A stretch of DNA of 64,000 bases from Chrysomallon squamiferum (lineage: Eukaryota; Animalia; Mollusca). Of the stretch, positions 26,272-46,016 are shown in pieces (the stretch's first letter is position 1; the number at the start of each line of letters is the position of its first letter). The stretch is taken from the NCBI GenBank assembly GCA_012295275.1, contig CM022671.1, positions 6,820,001 to 6,884,000 of the forward strand, given 5' to 3'. The position numbers were made by a program, and so were the translations under genes. A model generated the notes under the pieces. It made no database searches, had not been told where the DNA came from, and saw only the letters and a list, made by a program, of their open reading frames with translations.

Positions 26272-28551
26272 ATGAAACGACAACAAGATCGCGATGCTTC
26301 GCCAAATCGTAAAAGGTCTCGTTCTGTTTATTCAGTACCCGATCATGATTCCATAAGGGACAGAATAAGCCCAGATTTTGAAAGGCGTGACAGTCGGGGA
26401 AAGTTCGGGGGAAAACCATGGGACCCTCGAAGAGAATTTGATGATATTGATCCACCTGTTAGACAAAAATACCGAAATGACAGAATAATAGATGCAGCTT
26501 ATCCCCCATCAGTTAGAGAGAAACCAGAAAAAATGCAGGATGAGTACAGATCATTGTGCATTAGTAATATTCCTAGCAAACTTCCAGACCCTGTTTTAAA
26601 GGACACTTTACTTCAAGAGTTTACAAAATTTGGAGAAATGAATATAAAAGTCACAATTTCAGGAGATCAGCGTGTGGCATATATTAATTTCCGATATCCA
26701 GAACATGCTCGTCAGGCAAAATATGCCAAATCTAAATTGTTTCTCTTTGACAGACCTCTTCGCATTGATGCTGTTTATAATAAAAAAAGAAGTAACAGTC
26801 CTAATAGTGAAACAAGAGACCAGTTTTTTCATAACCGTGTATTGGCACCTGGACGATCACCACCTCATGTAATTGGTAGTAGACGTGGTTTTGGGGTTAG
26901 TCATTATCAGGGTATTCCTTCGAGGGAATTCCATCAAACTCGTGGTCCTTTTAATACAAATCACAGTAACAACAGTGACGATGACCAACCAGTTGAACAT
27001 AGACGTCACAATGAAAAGTTTCCATATCATCTTGATCACATTGACCCTGAATTTGATAGCAAAGCAACTAGAACGTTATTTGTTGGCAACTTAGATTTGT
27101 CAATAAGTGATGTTCAGCTGAAACAGATATTTTCTAAATATGGTATTGTTGAAGATGTTGACATCAAACGCCCTCTCAGAGGGCAAGGAAATGCATATGC
27201 ATTTGTGAAATTTCATAATTTAGATTGTGCACACAGAGCTAAAGTAGAAATGTCAGGACAATATATTGGTAAGTTTCAGTGCAAGATTGGCTATGGTAAA
27301 GTGACACCTACAACTTGTTTATGGATTGGTGGGCTTGGTCCATGGGTTAGTTATGAAACGATGGAAAGAGAATTTGATCGGTTTGGTGTGATTTCAAAGA
27401 TAGAATGGCCTCCAGGCAGGAATTATGCATTTATTTTGTATGACAGTATTGATGGAGCTCAGGCAGCATGTCAGGAAATGAGAGGATTCCCAGCAGGTGG
27501 ACATAACCGAAGACTTCGCGTGGACTTTGCAGATCCTGCCCAGATGGGTCAGACACCTGAACTGACCAGTCCATATGCAAACCAACCAAGGAGTTTTGTT
27601 AAAGGAGAAAAGGCTCCAGCTCCTTGGAAGGCAACAGATATTCCAGGTGATAGAGTACGAAGCAGACGTGATGACTGGTATCCTCCTGATGGTGACACAC
27701 CTTATCGTAATCCTGATAATCCCAGAGATGGAGAACGAACTCGAGTCAGGGAGGACTGGGACCGCTTCAGTAATGGTGTGGAAGCTGAGAGGAGGCGGAG
27801 GCCATTGTCACCAGGAGAAATTGTTCCAAGTCGTGCTGGTCGGTCACGGACACCAGACAGACCACGTGGTTATGTGCATGACAATAACAAAGACCACGAG
27901 AATTCTAGACGATCTAGTGCCGATTTCCCAGCAAGAGATGCAGAGGACAGGTCAAGTAAATCAAGTCGAAGGTTATCGGAACACGACAAAGAGCAGACTA
28001 TCACTGAGCATGTGCGAGCTCTGAGTGACCTAGCTAAATGTTTGCCTGTTGCATGGAATGGTGCACTGATTTTAAAAAGCAGTGCATTTGCAGCGTGTAT
28101 GCATGTTGTCAGTGGTGATGTGACACTTGTGGATAATCTCATGAGAGACCCAACATCGACGGAAACACCCGTTCTGCGAATTACCCAACGTCTCAGGATG
28201 GATCCGCCAAAGTTAGAAGATGTGGGCAGAAGAATTCAGTCAACTGGCCCACATGGTCATTGTATTCTTTTGGCAATGCCCAGTACACTGCAGACTTACG
28301 ATGATCCATCAGGTAACATCCAGCAGAGACCACTGAAAAACCTTGTCACATATCTGAAACAGAAAGAAGCTGCTGGTGTGATTTCTTTGCCTCCCAACCC
28401 AACCCAGGACAAAAACAACATCGGTGTTCTGCATGCTTTTCCTCCTCATGAATTTGGTTATGCATTTCTTCAAAAACGTGCACCAAATCTGCCACCAGAG
28501 CCTCTCAAAGAAGATTACTTGGTGGTGGCTGTTGTGCTTGGAGCTGTCTAA
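26272..28551 (+). CDS. RBM15: RNA-binding protein 15 / spenito (3 RRM + SPOC), m6A writer adaptor, uninterrupted CDS
   Basis: 759-aa ORF: RRM1 (AYINFRYPEHARQAK), RRM2 (ATRTLFVGNLD...CKIGYGK), RRM3 (PTTCLWIGGLGPW...RLRVDFA), SPOC (WNGALILKSS, LRITQRLRMD, RPLKNLVTYLKQKEAAGVISLP). Confidence 0.96.
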   Translation: MKRQQDRDASPNRKRSRSVYSVPDHDSIRDRISPDFERRDSRGKFGGKPWDPRREFDDIDPPVRQKYRNDRIIDAAYPPSVREKPEKMQDEYRSLCISNIPSKLPDPVLKDTLLQEFTKFGEMNIKVTISGDQRVAYINFRYPEHARQAKYAKSKLFLFDRPLRIDAVYNKKRSNSPNSETRDQFFHNRVLAPGRSPPHVIGSRRGFGVSHYQGIPSREFHQTRGPFNTNHSNNSDDDQPVEHRRHNEKFPYHLDHIDPEFDSKATRTLFVGNLDLSISDVQLKQIFSKYGIVEDVDIKRPLRGQGNAYAFVKFHNLDCAHRAKVEMSGQYIGKFQCKIGYGKVTPTTCLWIGGLGPWVSYETMEREFDRFGVISKIEWPPGRNYAFILYDSIDGAQAACQEMRGFPAGGHNRRLRVDFADPAQMGQTPELTSPYANQPRSFVKGEKAPAPWKATDIPGDRVRSRRDDWYPPDGDTPYRNPDNPRDGERTRVREDWDRFSNGVEAERRRRPLSPGEIVPSRAGRSRTPDRPRGYVHDNNKDHENSRRSSADFPARDAEDRSSKSSRRLSEHDKEQTITEHVRALSDLAKCLPVAWNGALILKSSAFAACMHVVSGDVTLVDNLMRDPTSTETPVLRITQRLRMDPPKLEDVGRRIQSTGPHGHCILLAMPSTLQTYDDPSGNIQQRPLKNLVTYLKQKEAAGVISLPPNPTQDKNNIGVLHAFPPHEFGYAFLQKRAPNLPPEPLKEDYLVVAVVLGAV

Positions 28552-29722
28552 AAGTATTGTTTTGTTTTGTCAATTTTTTTTTTTTTCCATAAATATATGT
28601 GTGTTAAGTTTGAATTTGTTTCCTAAGTCCAATTAAAAAATGAAAACCTTAGTATGTAATTAATAAGCTATATTTAGTGTTTATATGCATGTATGTACTG
28701 CTTATATAAGTATAGATCCTTTATTTTAGTAATAACTTGTAGAGCAGCTGTACTAGGGGATATGTGAAACAAATTATATGATAAAACCAAAGTGAACATT
28801 AAATCATTTAGCAGCAGTATACAGCTTTAAGATTACTTAAGCCAGTTGTTACTGCAAAAATTACTGATGAAAGTTTATGTGTATAAAGATGTGAATGTGT
28901 ACAGGGGTGAAGAAATAGAAAAAAGTTACTACATTTTCTTATCTGAGTCTTGTCTGCTCATAACCCAAAATAACACCGTTACAAAATTGAACACTTAACA
29001 GTTTTATAAAAAAAAACATGTAATTACAAATTGTTATGGAAATACTGATAAATATGTTTGTGATCAGCAATGTCAGAAGTCCCAAAATTTTCAGTTCATA
29101 CCCAGATTATTAAAAAAAGTATTGTCATCATTCATCATAAAATTACATACCCTCATGTGACTTTCAGCTTGTCAAAATATTTGTTCTCATTTCCACCCCT
29201 GATACATGTTATATACTTTTTATATCTGTTAACTACATTGAATTAAAACGTATCATTAACAACATTGACATTGCAGTGAATTAATATTTCCAAAATGTTT
29301 TAAAAAATAATAATACTTTATATGTAGAAGATGTTGAAATAAGAATTTTAATCTGGCAGGTATAATTAACTCATTGTATTCTGTTCGATGTATGCTAACA
29401 AAATGCTGATAGGTAAACCTTTATCTGTTTATTTTAGTGATTTAGTATAATCATAAATTATGATTCCTGTTGATAAATTATTCTGGAAATAGAAAGAAAC
29501 ACAAAAAAGCTAATCAATGATACCAGTATGACATTTATCAGTATTTTATGTTGGGTTGAAGTGTTTCATGGAAGTGAAACCATTTTTATTACTTTCTGTT
29601 GCTGACTAGTTGATTCCAAAATAGTAAAATTTATTGGTTGATACAATTTAAAATAATAAAGGAAAGTTTAAACTGCAAAATGAATGTTCCTTGATTTCAG
29701 ACTTGAGAACCTTCATAAAAGA

Positions 29723-29753
<31 letters not shown>

Positions 29754-30098
29754 TCATGATTTGATAGAGTTTTTTAAGCTTTAAGATATGAAACAAACTG
29801 TATTATTAAAAAAAATGTTTTTTACTGATATTTGAACAAAACTGCAATTGTTGTATATTTATAAAACTAATGTATGTTTTGCAAAATAATTTCAAAAAGA
29901 ATTGAAACAAATTGATCTTGAACAGGTACCAGATAATTTATAAATCTTTACTTTTATTTATTTTAACTTTTATTTTGGAAATCAGTAAATAAAAGTAAAG
30001 GAATAATATACTTGATATAGAAATGTTTCTTTGCATTTTATTTTTAATTGTATTTACATGATACTTATAACTGGCCATCTTTGCTACAATACTAATTT

Positions 30099-30130
<32 letters not shown>

Positions 30131-33100
30131 GGTTAGAACTAAAAGTCTTGGTCATGTACACATGTTACAGTTGTTTTTACATGCTTCCTAACTAACAGTT
30201 ACTAGGTTACAGCGAGGTCCAATATATCATGTTAGTAATGCTTTTTTCAGTTGTTTTTTCTCTTGTTTTTTGTTTATGTTTTTAATATATGCTTTGCCAA
30301 TGACTTTATCTTAGTAGCAAACCATGTCAGTTCTCTATAGATGTATAAATACTATGTACTTACTTAATTTTACGCTTGTGTTAGAAACTGTTTTTAAATG
30401 TACATGTTGAATGTATTTTGACATATATTTTATTCTGTAATTAACATGTCACCTTTTCACAAAATATTTAACCTAAGTAGTAGAGCACTTGTCCATTTAC
30501 TAGACTATGTATATAACAGCTAACTAAGTAGTGATTCTTTACGCATGTAGCTTTTTCCTTTTTGTATGTATATATATACATGTATTAACAACACAGAGAA
30601 AACAGACATGACCATGTGCTGAATTTTGAGCATCCAGTCTGGATTGGGAAATAACTGGATTCCTGTTGCCTTTAAAACTGCTTGGACATCTTCAGACATA
30701 AGTTCATCAGGGCATGACCTCTAGTTGTTCCAGGTGAGTTTTATATTTTAATATATACATGTTAAATTACATTTTTAGTGGTTTGGCTTTAAAAAAAAAA
30801 AATAGTGTTTGTATACATGTACATATTTATTTTGATTCTTTAATGTAAAGTACAATTTCCATTCACAGTGTTCATACAAAGTAATGATGATTTTATTAAA
30901 TTGTCATTATGCTTTAACTAGTTTAAGCTTGAAAAGCTGACAGCATTTAGGTTGTTAGCAAATACGAATTTTCTATTGAATACTTAACCTGTTTTTATTT
31001 TTGAATTGTTGCAGGCAGTGGAGACAAGATAAAGTGTTACTGAAAGTGAGTATTATTATTTATGTATTTATTTTAACATGTAGTTTTACGGCAATTGAAC
31101 AAAAATTAAAAATTGGTTTATCATTCTTTCAAAAAGTTATAAAATTCTTGTTGAGCAACAGTAATACACTATCCAGACTTCATCTAAGAAACTTAATTTT
31201 CTTAATAACCACTATTTTATTAGTTTTAGTCTTTTTTATTTTCTTCTTTTTATTTTATTTTATTTATTCATTTTTTTTATTATTATTATTATTATGTTTT
31301 TTTACGTATTTGATCTACTTTCTCTCTCTCTCATATTAATTTGTTGTTTTTATTTATTTTTTAGATATTTTTTCCACCAAAGAAATAACTGGTTCTGAAT
31401 TTAAACACGTTTCATTTGATGGAGAGTGTTAAGAAGACATTTTGGATACAGATGTTTTGTTCAGTATTTTCTATAAAAAGGAATAGTGAACTTGCCGGAC
31501 AAAGACAGAAGCAATCCTATTTCTAATGTTAATGTTGACAGGCAGACTTTGTTATAAAAGTGATGACTAAGACTAGTGTGTTTCAGATTCTAAGGAAATT
31601 TCAGGTTTGATAAAATAATTATTTTGTGACGGAAAGCATTCTCACAGGAATTGGATGTTTCTGTAAATGACTTGTGGTGAATTTTTTATTTCAGATGATT
31701 GAAGGCTTTTCTCCATACCAATGATTCTGTCAGAAAAAAAAAAAAAGAAAAACAAAAGAAAGAAATTTATTATGGATTCATGGAATATGATGTGCCATTT
31801 TTTTATTTTTCTGTTATTTCAGTACAGATACCATCTCTCTTCTTTTTTTTTTTTCTTTTTTTTATACTTTTTCTGGGGAGACATCAGATATCGTTTTGTA
31901 TTTTGTAAAATATAAGCTCGTTTCATTTCGCTGTTTATGGAGGCACTTCCTTTTCTGTATTTTTCTGTTCTTGATTTTTTTTTTTTTCTTAATATAACTT
32001 TACATATATAGAAAGTGAAAAAATAAACATGTATAAAATGAATTAATGTGAACTGGTAATTAGTTGATGTGTTTGATATTGTGATTTTTGCCTACAGCTC
32101 CTGTGTTTACATGTAGCAATGATTTAGATACTGCTTGAGAAACAAGTCATTGTGTTTGCCCTAGTAACCATGGTAACATTGATGTACATGTGCATTAATC
32201 GTGTCTGCTTTGTGCTAAGAAACGTGTTTATTGTGCATGTAATTCAAAGAGGACAAGAAGATGTAAAATGTTATGTATTAGTTCTTCTACTTGTGACTTA
32301 ATGATGTACTTTTAGGTATGTGTAATAAACAAACGTGTGACAGAGTTTTCTTTGAATTGTGTTCTTCAGTACCAGCAAGGTAACCTGTTTTTAAAATTGT
32401 GAATACAGGAAACTTCAAGTGCGTGTTCTGTGACAGGCTTTCATGATAATAGTGTTTATAAGATTTGTTGTTTGTCGTAGCCAACTCAAACTGTTGTTAA
32501 TTCCCATGGAGAAATTGTGCTACTTCAAGGATGAACTGGTGCTATATATTTTTTATCACTTTCATTATTCCCATACTTTACTTGAACGTCGGTGATAATA
32601 ACCATTGTAGAACATGTTTTCAACAACATGTCTTCTGTTTGCAATTATGGATGATACATTTGTTTTCTTTTAAAAAAATGAAGTATCAGCCTCTTTGTTT
32701 GAAACTAATTGTGAAGAAAAGTAACATGGTGAATGACAACTTGTTTGGATCATGCTGGTTCGCCATGGTTTTCTGGTGAACAAACAACAGGAGTTGTTAC
32801 TTTGAGAAACGAGAGCGGCACTAAACCACGGTTAACTCATAGTGACAACACGTTTACAAGTGAAGCCTGAAACCTTTGTTTTACAGAACTCCGCTGTCAA
32901 GCATTCTGTGATAGAATTTTTTTTTTATATATATATATATAAAAACTCATCAGTGTAAGATTGAAAAAAAAAAACAAAAAAACTTTTTAACAGTTTTACG
33001 GATCACAAGATTCAGAGCTGAATCGTGTTTTACTTGTGCCATATTTTGGAGTTGTTAAGTTTTAACATTTATATTTTATATACAATTTGTTCATTTTTTT

Positions 33101-35331
33101 TACTAATAAAAACCAAAAAGAAAAGATGAAAATAATCATGATTAAAAGTCAGTCATTTTAAGATTTTTCATTTTCAAACATAACAGATCATATTAGTTAA
33201 ATGTAAAAAAAAGAAAATTCATCATCATTAATGTATTTTTATATAACTAAAATAAAAAGTTATTTTAAAAGTAAAGTAATTACTTTGAAAAGTGTTGAAT
33301 TAAGAATCAACTTGGTATGTTTAATCAGTGCAGCAACATCTTCAGAACACATAATCAAGAAGGAAAAACACTGTGAAAAAAGGGTGCAAAGATAAATATT
33401 TGATATCTCTGCACTAAGAGTTGTTATAACAGTGTCTGTTTTCTTCTTTAAATGAGGCATCTCCAAGTATCAAAATACAATCAAGTTACTGAACAGTGAA
33501 AAGTTTTTTTATGTGTGTGAGCACGTGTGTAAAGGTGATTGTGTTTGTGTGCATGGGTGTGAGATGTAACAGTTGCATGATCATTCACCTTTTCAAAATG
33601 ACTAAGTCACTAACACAGATAGCAACACAGACAAGTAGGGTCAATTATTTCACAAAATGCTTACACGCAAATCTGATCTGTGGATACAAATGTTAGGAAA
33701 GGATTTACCTTCAAGTCTAATCTACTGCATTAAACACACCTTCCAGTCAACAGTGCTGATAATAATTACATATCATGGAGTACATCTAGACATCATCAAA
33801 TTTACTCTGATTGTTGACATCTTACAAAAGTTGTTTTATACATTATACAATATTATCTTTTTTGTGCCAGCAAGTAAAATTAACTAAGTAGTTTTAAGAT
33901 GAAACTAAATACAAAATTGTCCTGACAAGAGCTTTGCACAGAAGTGGAGATAATGTATTACTCCATATAGATCTCCAGCACCCAGTACAGCATGTGATCA
34001 CAGAACAAACAATATTTTAGTCTCTGGACTGATGTATACTTGTTATGACTGATAAAGTAACAAAATAACATTTTCATGATGAAAGTATTAAAGTAATGTT
34101 TTCATGATAAAGTATTAAAATAACATTTTCATGGTAAATTATTAAAATAATGTTTTTTTTATGGATATAAGTATTTGAAAAAAAAAGATTTATGATAATA
34201 AAGAAGAAAAAAGACTTCATGATAAAGTATTAAAAAATGTTTTCGTGATAATGTTCTGTAACTGAAGATTGTCATAATATTTAACTAGTTTTAAGCTCTG
34301 TTGAAGAAAACCAAACAAACCATTGTTTAAGCGGAAAGTTTATACAACATGTATTTTATTTGACACACCTCACTTCTGTTTTTCATGTTTATAAAACTAC
34401 TGTTAGAGGCAAGTAACATAAACCATCACTTGCACTGACACATTAGCTCGTATGGATACACATGCAAATGCTCTGATATACATGTCAATTTGTATTGATA
34501 CACATGTAAAACACACACTGTTACACCCCAAACATGAGTCAGTGTTAAATTTTTACTGTTGTGACAGCTGGTGATTCAAACCAGACCCTAAACGTTCACA
34601 AGAGTAAAACTAAGTTTAGTAGAAGCTGCAGAAACAAACTGATTAGTGTAGAATGAGGTCACTTCATTCACCTATTTCCTGTTCCAACAGATATCCCAAG
34701 GAAGGACATGATTTATATTTTACTGTTTATAGAAAGGTGAACATAAATGTCTTGTTTTTTTTTGCTAACTAGTAAATGTAATGTGAACACAGATTTATTT
34801 CAAAAACAGAAACAAAGATGACACCAAGTAATCGTAAAACAATATAAAATGTATTGAAATGTTGATAATTTTTAAGTTTATTTGTGATAGATGTTTAATA
34901 TCTTTATTATTGATTAATTAATTTAGTGATTGATTAATGGTTATTTTTTATTAGATATTATATATATTTTTAAAATTAGAATTATTTAAATGTAGTTACA
35001 TAAATCTATCACAGTAATTATAACTGGCACTCAGTTATTTGTGGTGGAGACATTTGAAATTTTAAAGAAACAACGACAACCACGACAACAACAAAGCCCC
35101 AACTGTCATTCTTCTGTATCATGATAAGACAGATGTGTGTGTGTGTTGTTAGGTACTCTTTTCTTGTATTTTGTAAGCTTGCTTCACAAAATAAATATTC
35201 ACTATGCATCCGAGTTTTGGCAGCACATATGTTCAGGTTAATCCAGCCATTATAATTCAGTAAAGATCAGTAACAGAAAATTATTTTAAATGAAATAAAA
35301 AAAAAGGATCACTGTATTATTTTTTATATGC

Positions 35332-35385
<54 letters not shown>

Positions 35386-36362
35386 AATTAGAATGATAAC
35401 AGTGGTCAAGCAAATAATTAGATTTTATGTATGTCTATAAACCTGGTGACCATCCAATTCTTAAACTCCTTTCATACTGTGGTCATTGTAATAATAAAAA
35501 TAACAATTTGACCTCTAACAATAAACATAAAATATTTTCTGAATATTTTAGTGGTTAAACGAAATCATAAAACCAACAGTAGTACTCTGTATGTATGTGA
35601 GTGTGAGCACATACTCTTACGTCTGGTATATAATTAAATTACGTCTGACCTCATTCTGTAACAGGTCTACGTGTAGAATGAGCTGGTCAGTGAACTAAAC
35701 GTCCCAGTAACGGAGAACTTGTGATACTATGTTAAAACACTTAACAGTAACAAAATTCTCAAATTCTCGAAAGTGGAAAATACAGACAACACTTAAGCTT
35801 TAAACATATTTGTATGTAATTGCACTATTACTATTTCTACTTACTTCTGGTATTATGATTACTGTTACTAAACTATTGCTATCACTACTTCTAGTACTAC
35901 TGCTATTACTATTATTATTATTATTATTATTATTATTAAGCTGTTACAGTTTCTACCATCATTACTGTTTCCACCATTCGTGATTCAGTGTGTATGTTGG
36001 ACAAATCTGCCAGTCCAAGACCCACGCCTGTTAGCGTATTACTATGAAAATTATCACTATTACATTACTACTTTATAATAATCTCAAGAAGAGTAACAAC
36101 AGCAAAATCGTATACGTCACTTTTTGACAGTATAAAAATATTCAGTTTCTTGTCAAATGATTGGAACGACATTGATTACTCATGACAAACACAAGTCATA
36201 AGGAACCAGATACTTCGTCAGAACAAAACCCGTTTCCCGTATGTAGTCGTGTCTATTTAATAAAACAATGTGAACAGTAATATATTTAGGATATTTTGTG
36301 CAGTTAAATTTCAGGAAAATGATACGACCAGTATTTACGACTTGAACAGCTGTGACGTAATG

Positions 36363-37352
36363 AAATATTTTTCAGAGTTAAAGAATGGTTACAAAGTCTG
36401 TTAACAAAAGTAAATATATTTCAGTTAAAGAACGGTTACAAAGTCTGTTAACAAAAGTAAATATATTTCAGAGTTTAAGAGTGGTTACAAATTCTGTTAA
36501 TATATATATATATTTCAGAGGTAAAGAATGGTTACAAAGTCCGTTAACAAAAGTAAATATATTTCAGTTAAAGAATGGTTACAAAGTATGTTAACAAAAG
36601 TAAATATATTTCAGAGTTTAAGAACGGTTACAAGTATGTTAACAAATGTAAATATATTTCAGAGCTTAAGAACGGTTACAAAGTCTGTTAACAAAAATAA
36701 ATATATTTCCGAGTTAAAGAATGTTAAAAAGTCTGTTAACGAAAGTAAATATATTTCACAGTTTAAGAATGGTTACAAAGTATGTTAACAAAAATAAATA
36801 TATTTCACAGCTTAAGAACGGTTACAAAGTCTGTTAACAAAAATAAATATATTTCAGAGTTTAAGAATGGTTACAAAGTCTGTTAAAAAAGTAAATATAT
36901 TTCAGTTAAAGAATGGTTACAAAGTATGTTAACAAAAATAAATATATTTCAGAGTTTAAGAGTGGTTACAAATTCTGTTAATATATATATATCAGAGGTA
37001 AAGAATGGTTACAAAGTCTGTTAACAAAAGTAAATATATTTCAGTTAAAGAATGGTTACAAAGTATGTTAACAAAAGTAAATATATTTCAGTTAAAGAAT
37101 GGTTACAAAGTATGTTAACAAAAGTAAATATATTTCAGTTAAAGAATGGTTACAAAGTATGTTAACAAAAATAAATATATTTCCGAGTTAAAGAATGTTA
37201 AAAAGTCTGTTAACGAAAGTAAATATATTTCACAGTTTAAGAATGGTTACAAAGTAAATATATTTCAGAGTTAAAGAATGGTTACAAAGCATGTTAACAA
37301 AAATAAATATATTCCAGAGCTTAAGAACGGTTTCAAAGTCTGTTAACAAAAG
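36363..37352. repeat. 47-49 bp minisatellite (GTTAAAGAATGGTTACAAAGTATGTTAACAAAAGTAAATATATTTCA), about 20 copies
   Basis: Period 47 measured between 37044 and 37091; no unique spacers. Confidence 0.95.
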
Positions 37353-38491
37353 TTCCGTTTGTGAAAGATTTGGTCTAGGACATTCTGATCAGTCCTATAT
37401 TCAGGGAGGACGTTTCGGCCTGAATTATTGTAATATCTAATTACATATGTATTTTATTTTATTTATTTTTTAAAATTAAAATAAATATATAAAAAAAATA
37501 AATAAATAATAATAATAATAATAATATATTAAATAAAAATTAAAAATTAAAAATAACAGTTTGTATACCGAATTAGGTCTGAATCTTCCAGAAATTGCAA
37601 TTCATATAACTAAAAACGAACCAAAAATGTACACAGAATTTCAGATCAGATTCAGCGTCTGTGTTAACGGGTCCTCGGAATAAGTCCATTCCTGAACTGC
37701 TCTGGTGTTTCTGTCACAATTTGAGAGACAGTCAGTCTTAACACCTAAAACTGTACAATGGCAATTAATTAATTAATTTATTTATTTTTAATTTAAAGTG
37801 TTGACACGGTCAAAACATTCTATGTCAAGACATCCGCTGTGAAAACATCCTACGTTGCGCTAACAGTTGCCAGTGGCGACAGGATACCTCATTACATGAT
37901 GAACTGTTTAGTAGCACACAATTAACTGTATCGGTGGAATATGTCATTATGACATTAATAAATAGTCTCTTAGCAGTAAATGTCTTACTATTCAACAAAT
38001 TTGCTTTCTCGGGCTAATTTTCCCCTAAAATCTTTAGCCAGAAGGGATGATGGATAACATAAATATCTAAATTAGGTTTAAAATGGCCACCGTCAATCCC
38101 TCGGACGGATTCGTATCATAAGTACAAAATAAAACTGAAATTCGTATTCCACAAATATTGCCAAATAGTGAAACGGTTAGCAAGGCTCAGCGGACAGTAA
38201 TTATGCGCACGGTGACCAGCTTGCGGTCCAGTCGAAAGTGACCCAGTTAGCAATGGTACAGTTACGTAATTTATGCTTTGTTTTATACTTAAACGTTATG
38301 ACATTCGTTATTCGCAAATTCACCACAAGACGGATGTGTCATACAATGCACGACTGGTGATTAATTAGCTAATTCTGCGTTTGCAGTAAACATGTGGTAC
38401 ATCCAAACAATTATTTCATAACAGGATTCGGCACGGTCACTTCTTACTGGTACGGAAAAACTGTAAACCATTTTACAAACAATATTCTCGT

Positions 38492-38539
<48 letters not shown>

Positions 38540-38686
38540 AATAAATAAATAAATAAAAAAAGAAATAATAACTATAATTAAATATATTTAAATTTGAAAG
38601 AAAGAAATAAAATACATTCAGTTAAATAATTTAAACAAAGATATCAAATAAACCCCACAAAAATATTAAATAAATAAATACATAAT

Positions 38687-38746
<60 letters not shown>

Positions 38747-38801
38747 TAATAAAAAATATATTTAAAAAAATACATTTTAAAAAAGTTAATAATATTTTGA
38801 A

Positions 38802-38856
<55 letters not shown>

Positions 38857-39735
38857 GCACATACACACACATTCAATTAAATAATCAGTTTTATGCGACG
38901 TTCATTTATATGCTAATTTTGTTTCGATGTTTTATTTTATTATTTTTCAAAGCTGATGATGTACACATACAAATCTCTTTTCCCTCAAAAGAACATGCAT
39001 TCATTATTTACTTGCACTATTATTTATTAAATCGATTTATTTATGTTTATTAAAGAATCGATATTTCAATAAATCATGTATTTTTACGTTAAACAATGGT
39101 TTCTATAAAATGATCGATTTTAAAGGATAGGTTAATGCTTCAATTACTTGCTGGTCCGAAATTAGGGCTAACCTTCTACCACCGATATACCGAATTATGA
39201 TTAGGCTACTCTACAGGAAACCAAAGATTGGAAAAAAAAAAAAAAAAAAAAAAGTAATGCAAATACAGATACATAAATAAGTTAATCGAAAATAGTTTTC
39301 ACTTTTGGTTTCCTTAACTACAGTTATTTTGGGTTCGAAAAAAAAAAAATAATAATAAAATAAATAAATTATGATTCTCAGACATATATTTGGAATAAAT
39401 ATAGAAGCGCTAAATTATTAGTTTATTAGAAAAGAAGAATCAATAAATCAGGCAGTTTTATTAATACTGATCAGTCGGTGTCAAAATGTGGGTAATCTTG
39501 TGTCTTTGTGAATGGCACTAATTGCTATAATTATCGATATGACATTAACATTTTTACAACGTAGTCACCATCCCACCTTGTGGAAATACTTGTAATGCAG
39601 CTATTTTTAATTTTTGTCGTCATTTCCGGCGTCGACACACAGACATCCGGCTTCATCAGAATTCGGGAATTTCAGTTGAATTTATGTTAAAAATATTTGT
39701 ATTAACATATATCCTTTTTACAGAATATAATAAAT

Positions 39736-46016
<6,281 letters not shown>

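Noticed and set aside
26267-28142. Short overlapping ORFs within RBM15
   Set aside because: Expected alternative-frame ORFs in a long, GC-richer coding exon.
36363-37352. CRISPR-like appearance of this and the other regular arrays (1215, 51015, 62245)
   Set aside because: Head-to-tail units with no unique spacers, no cas genes, eukaryotic context.
37380-38460. CpG-richer stretch upstream of MAPKAPK2
   Set aside because: No ORF, TIR pair or RNA motif I can support; may be regulatory or TE debris.
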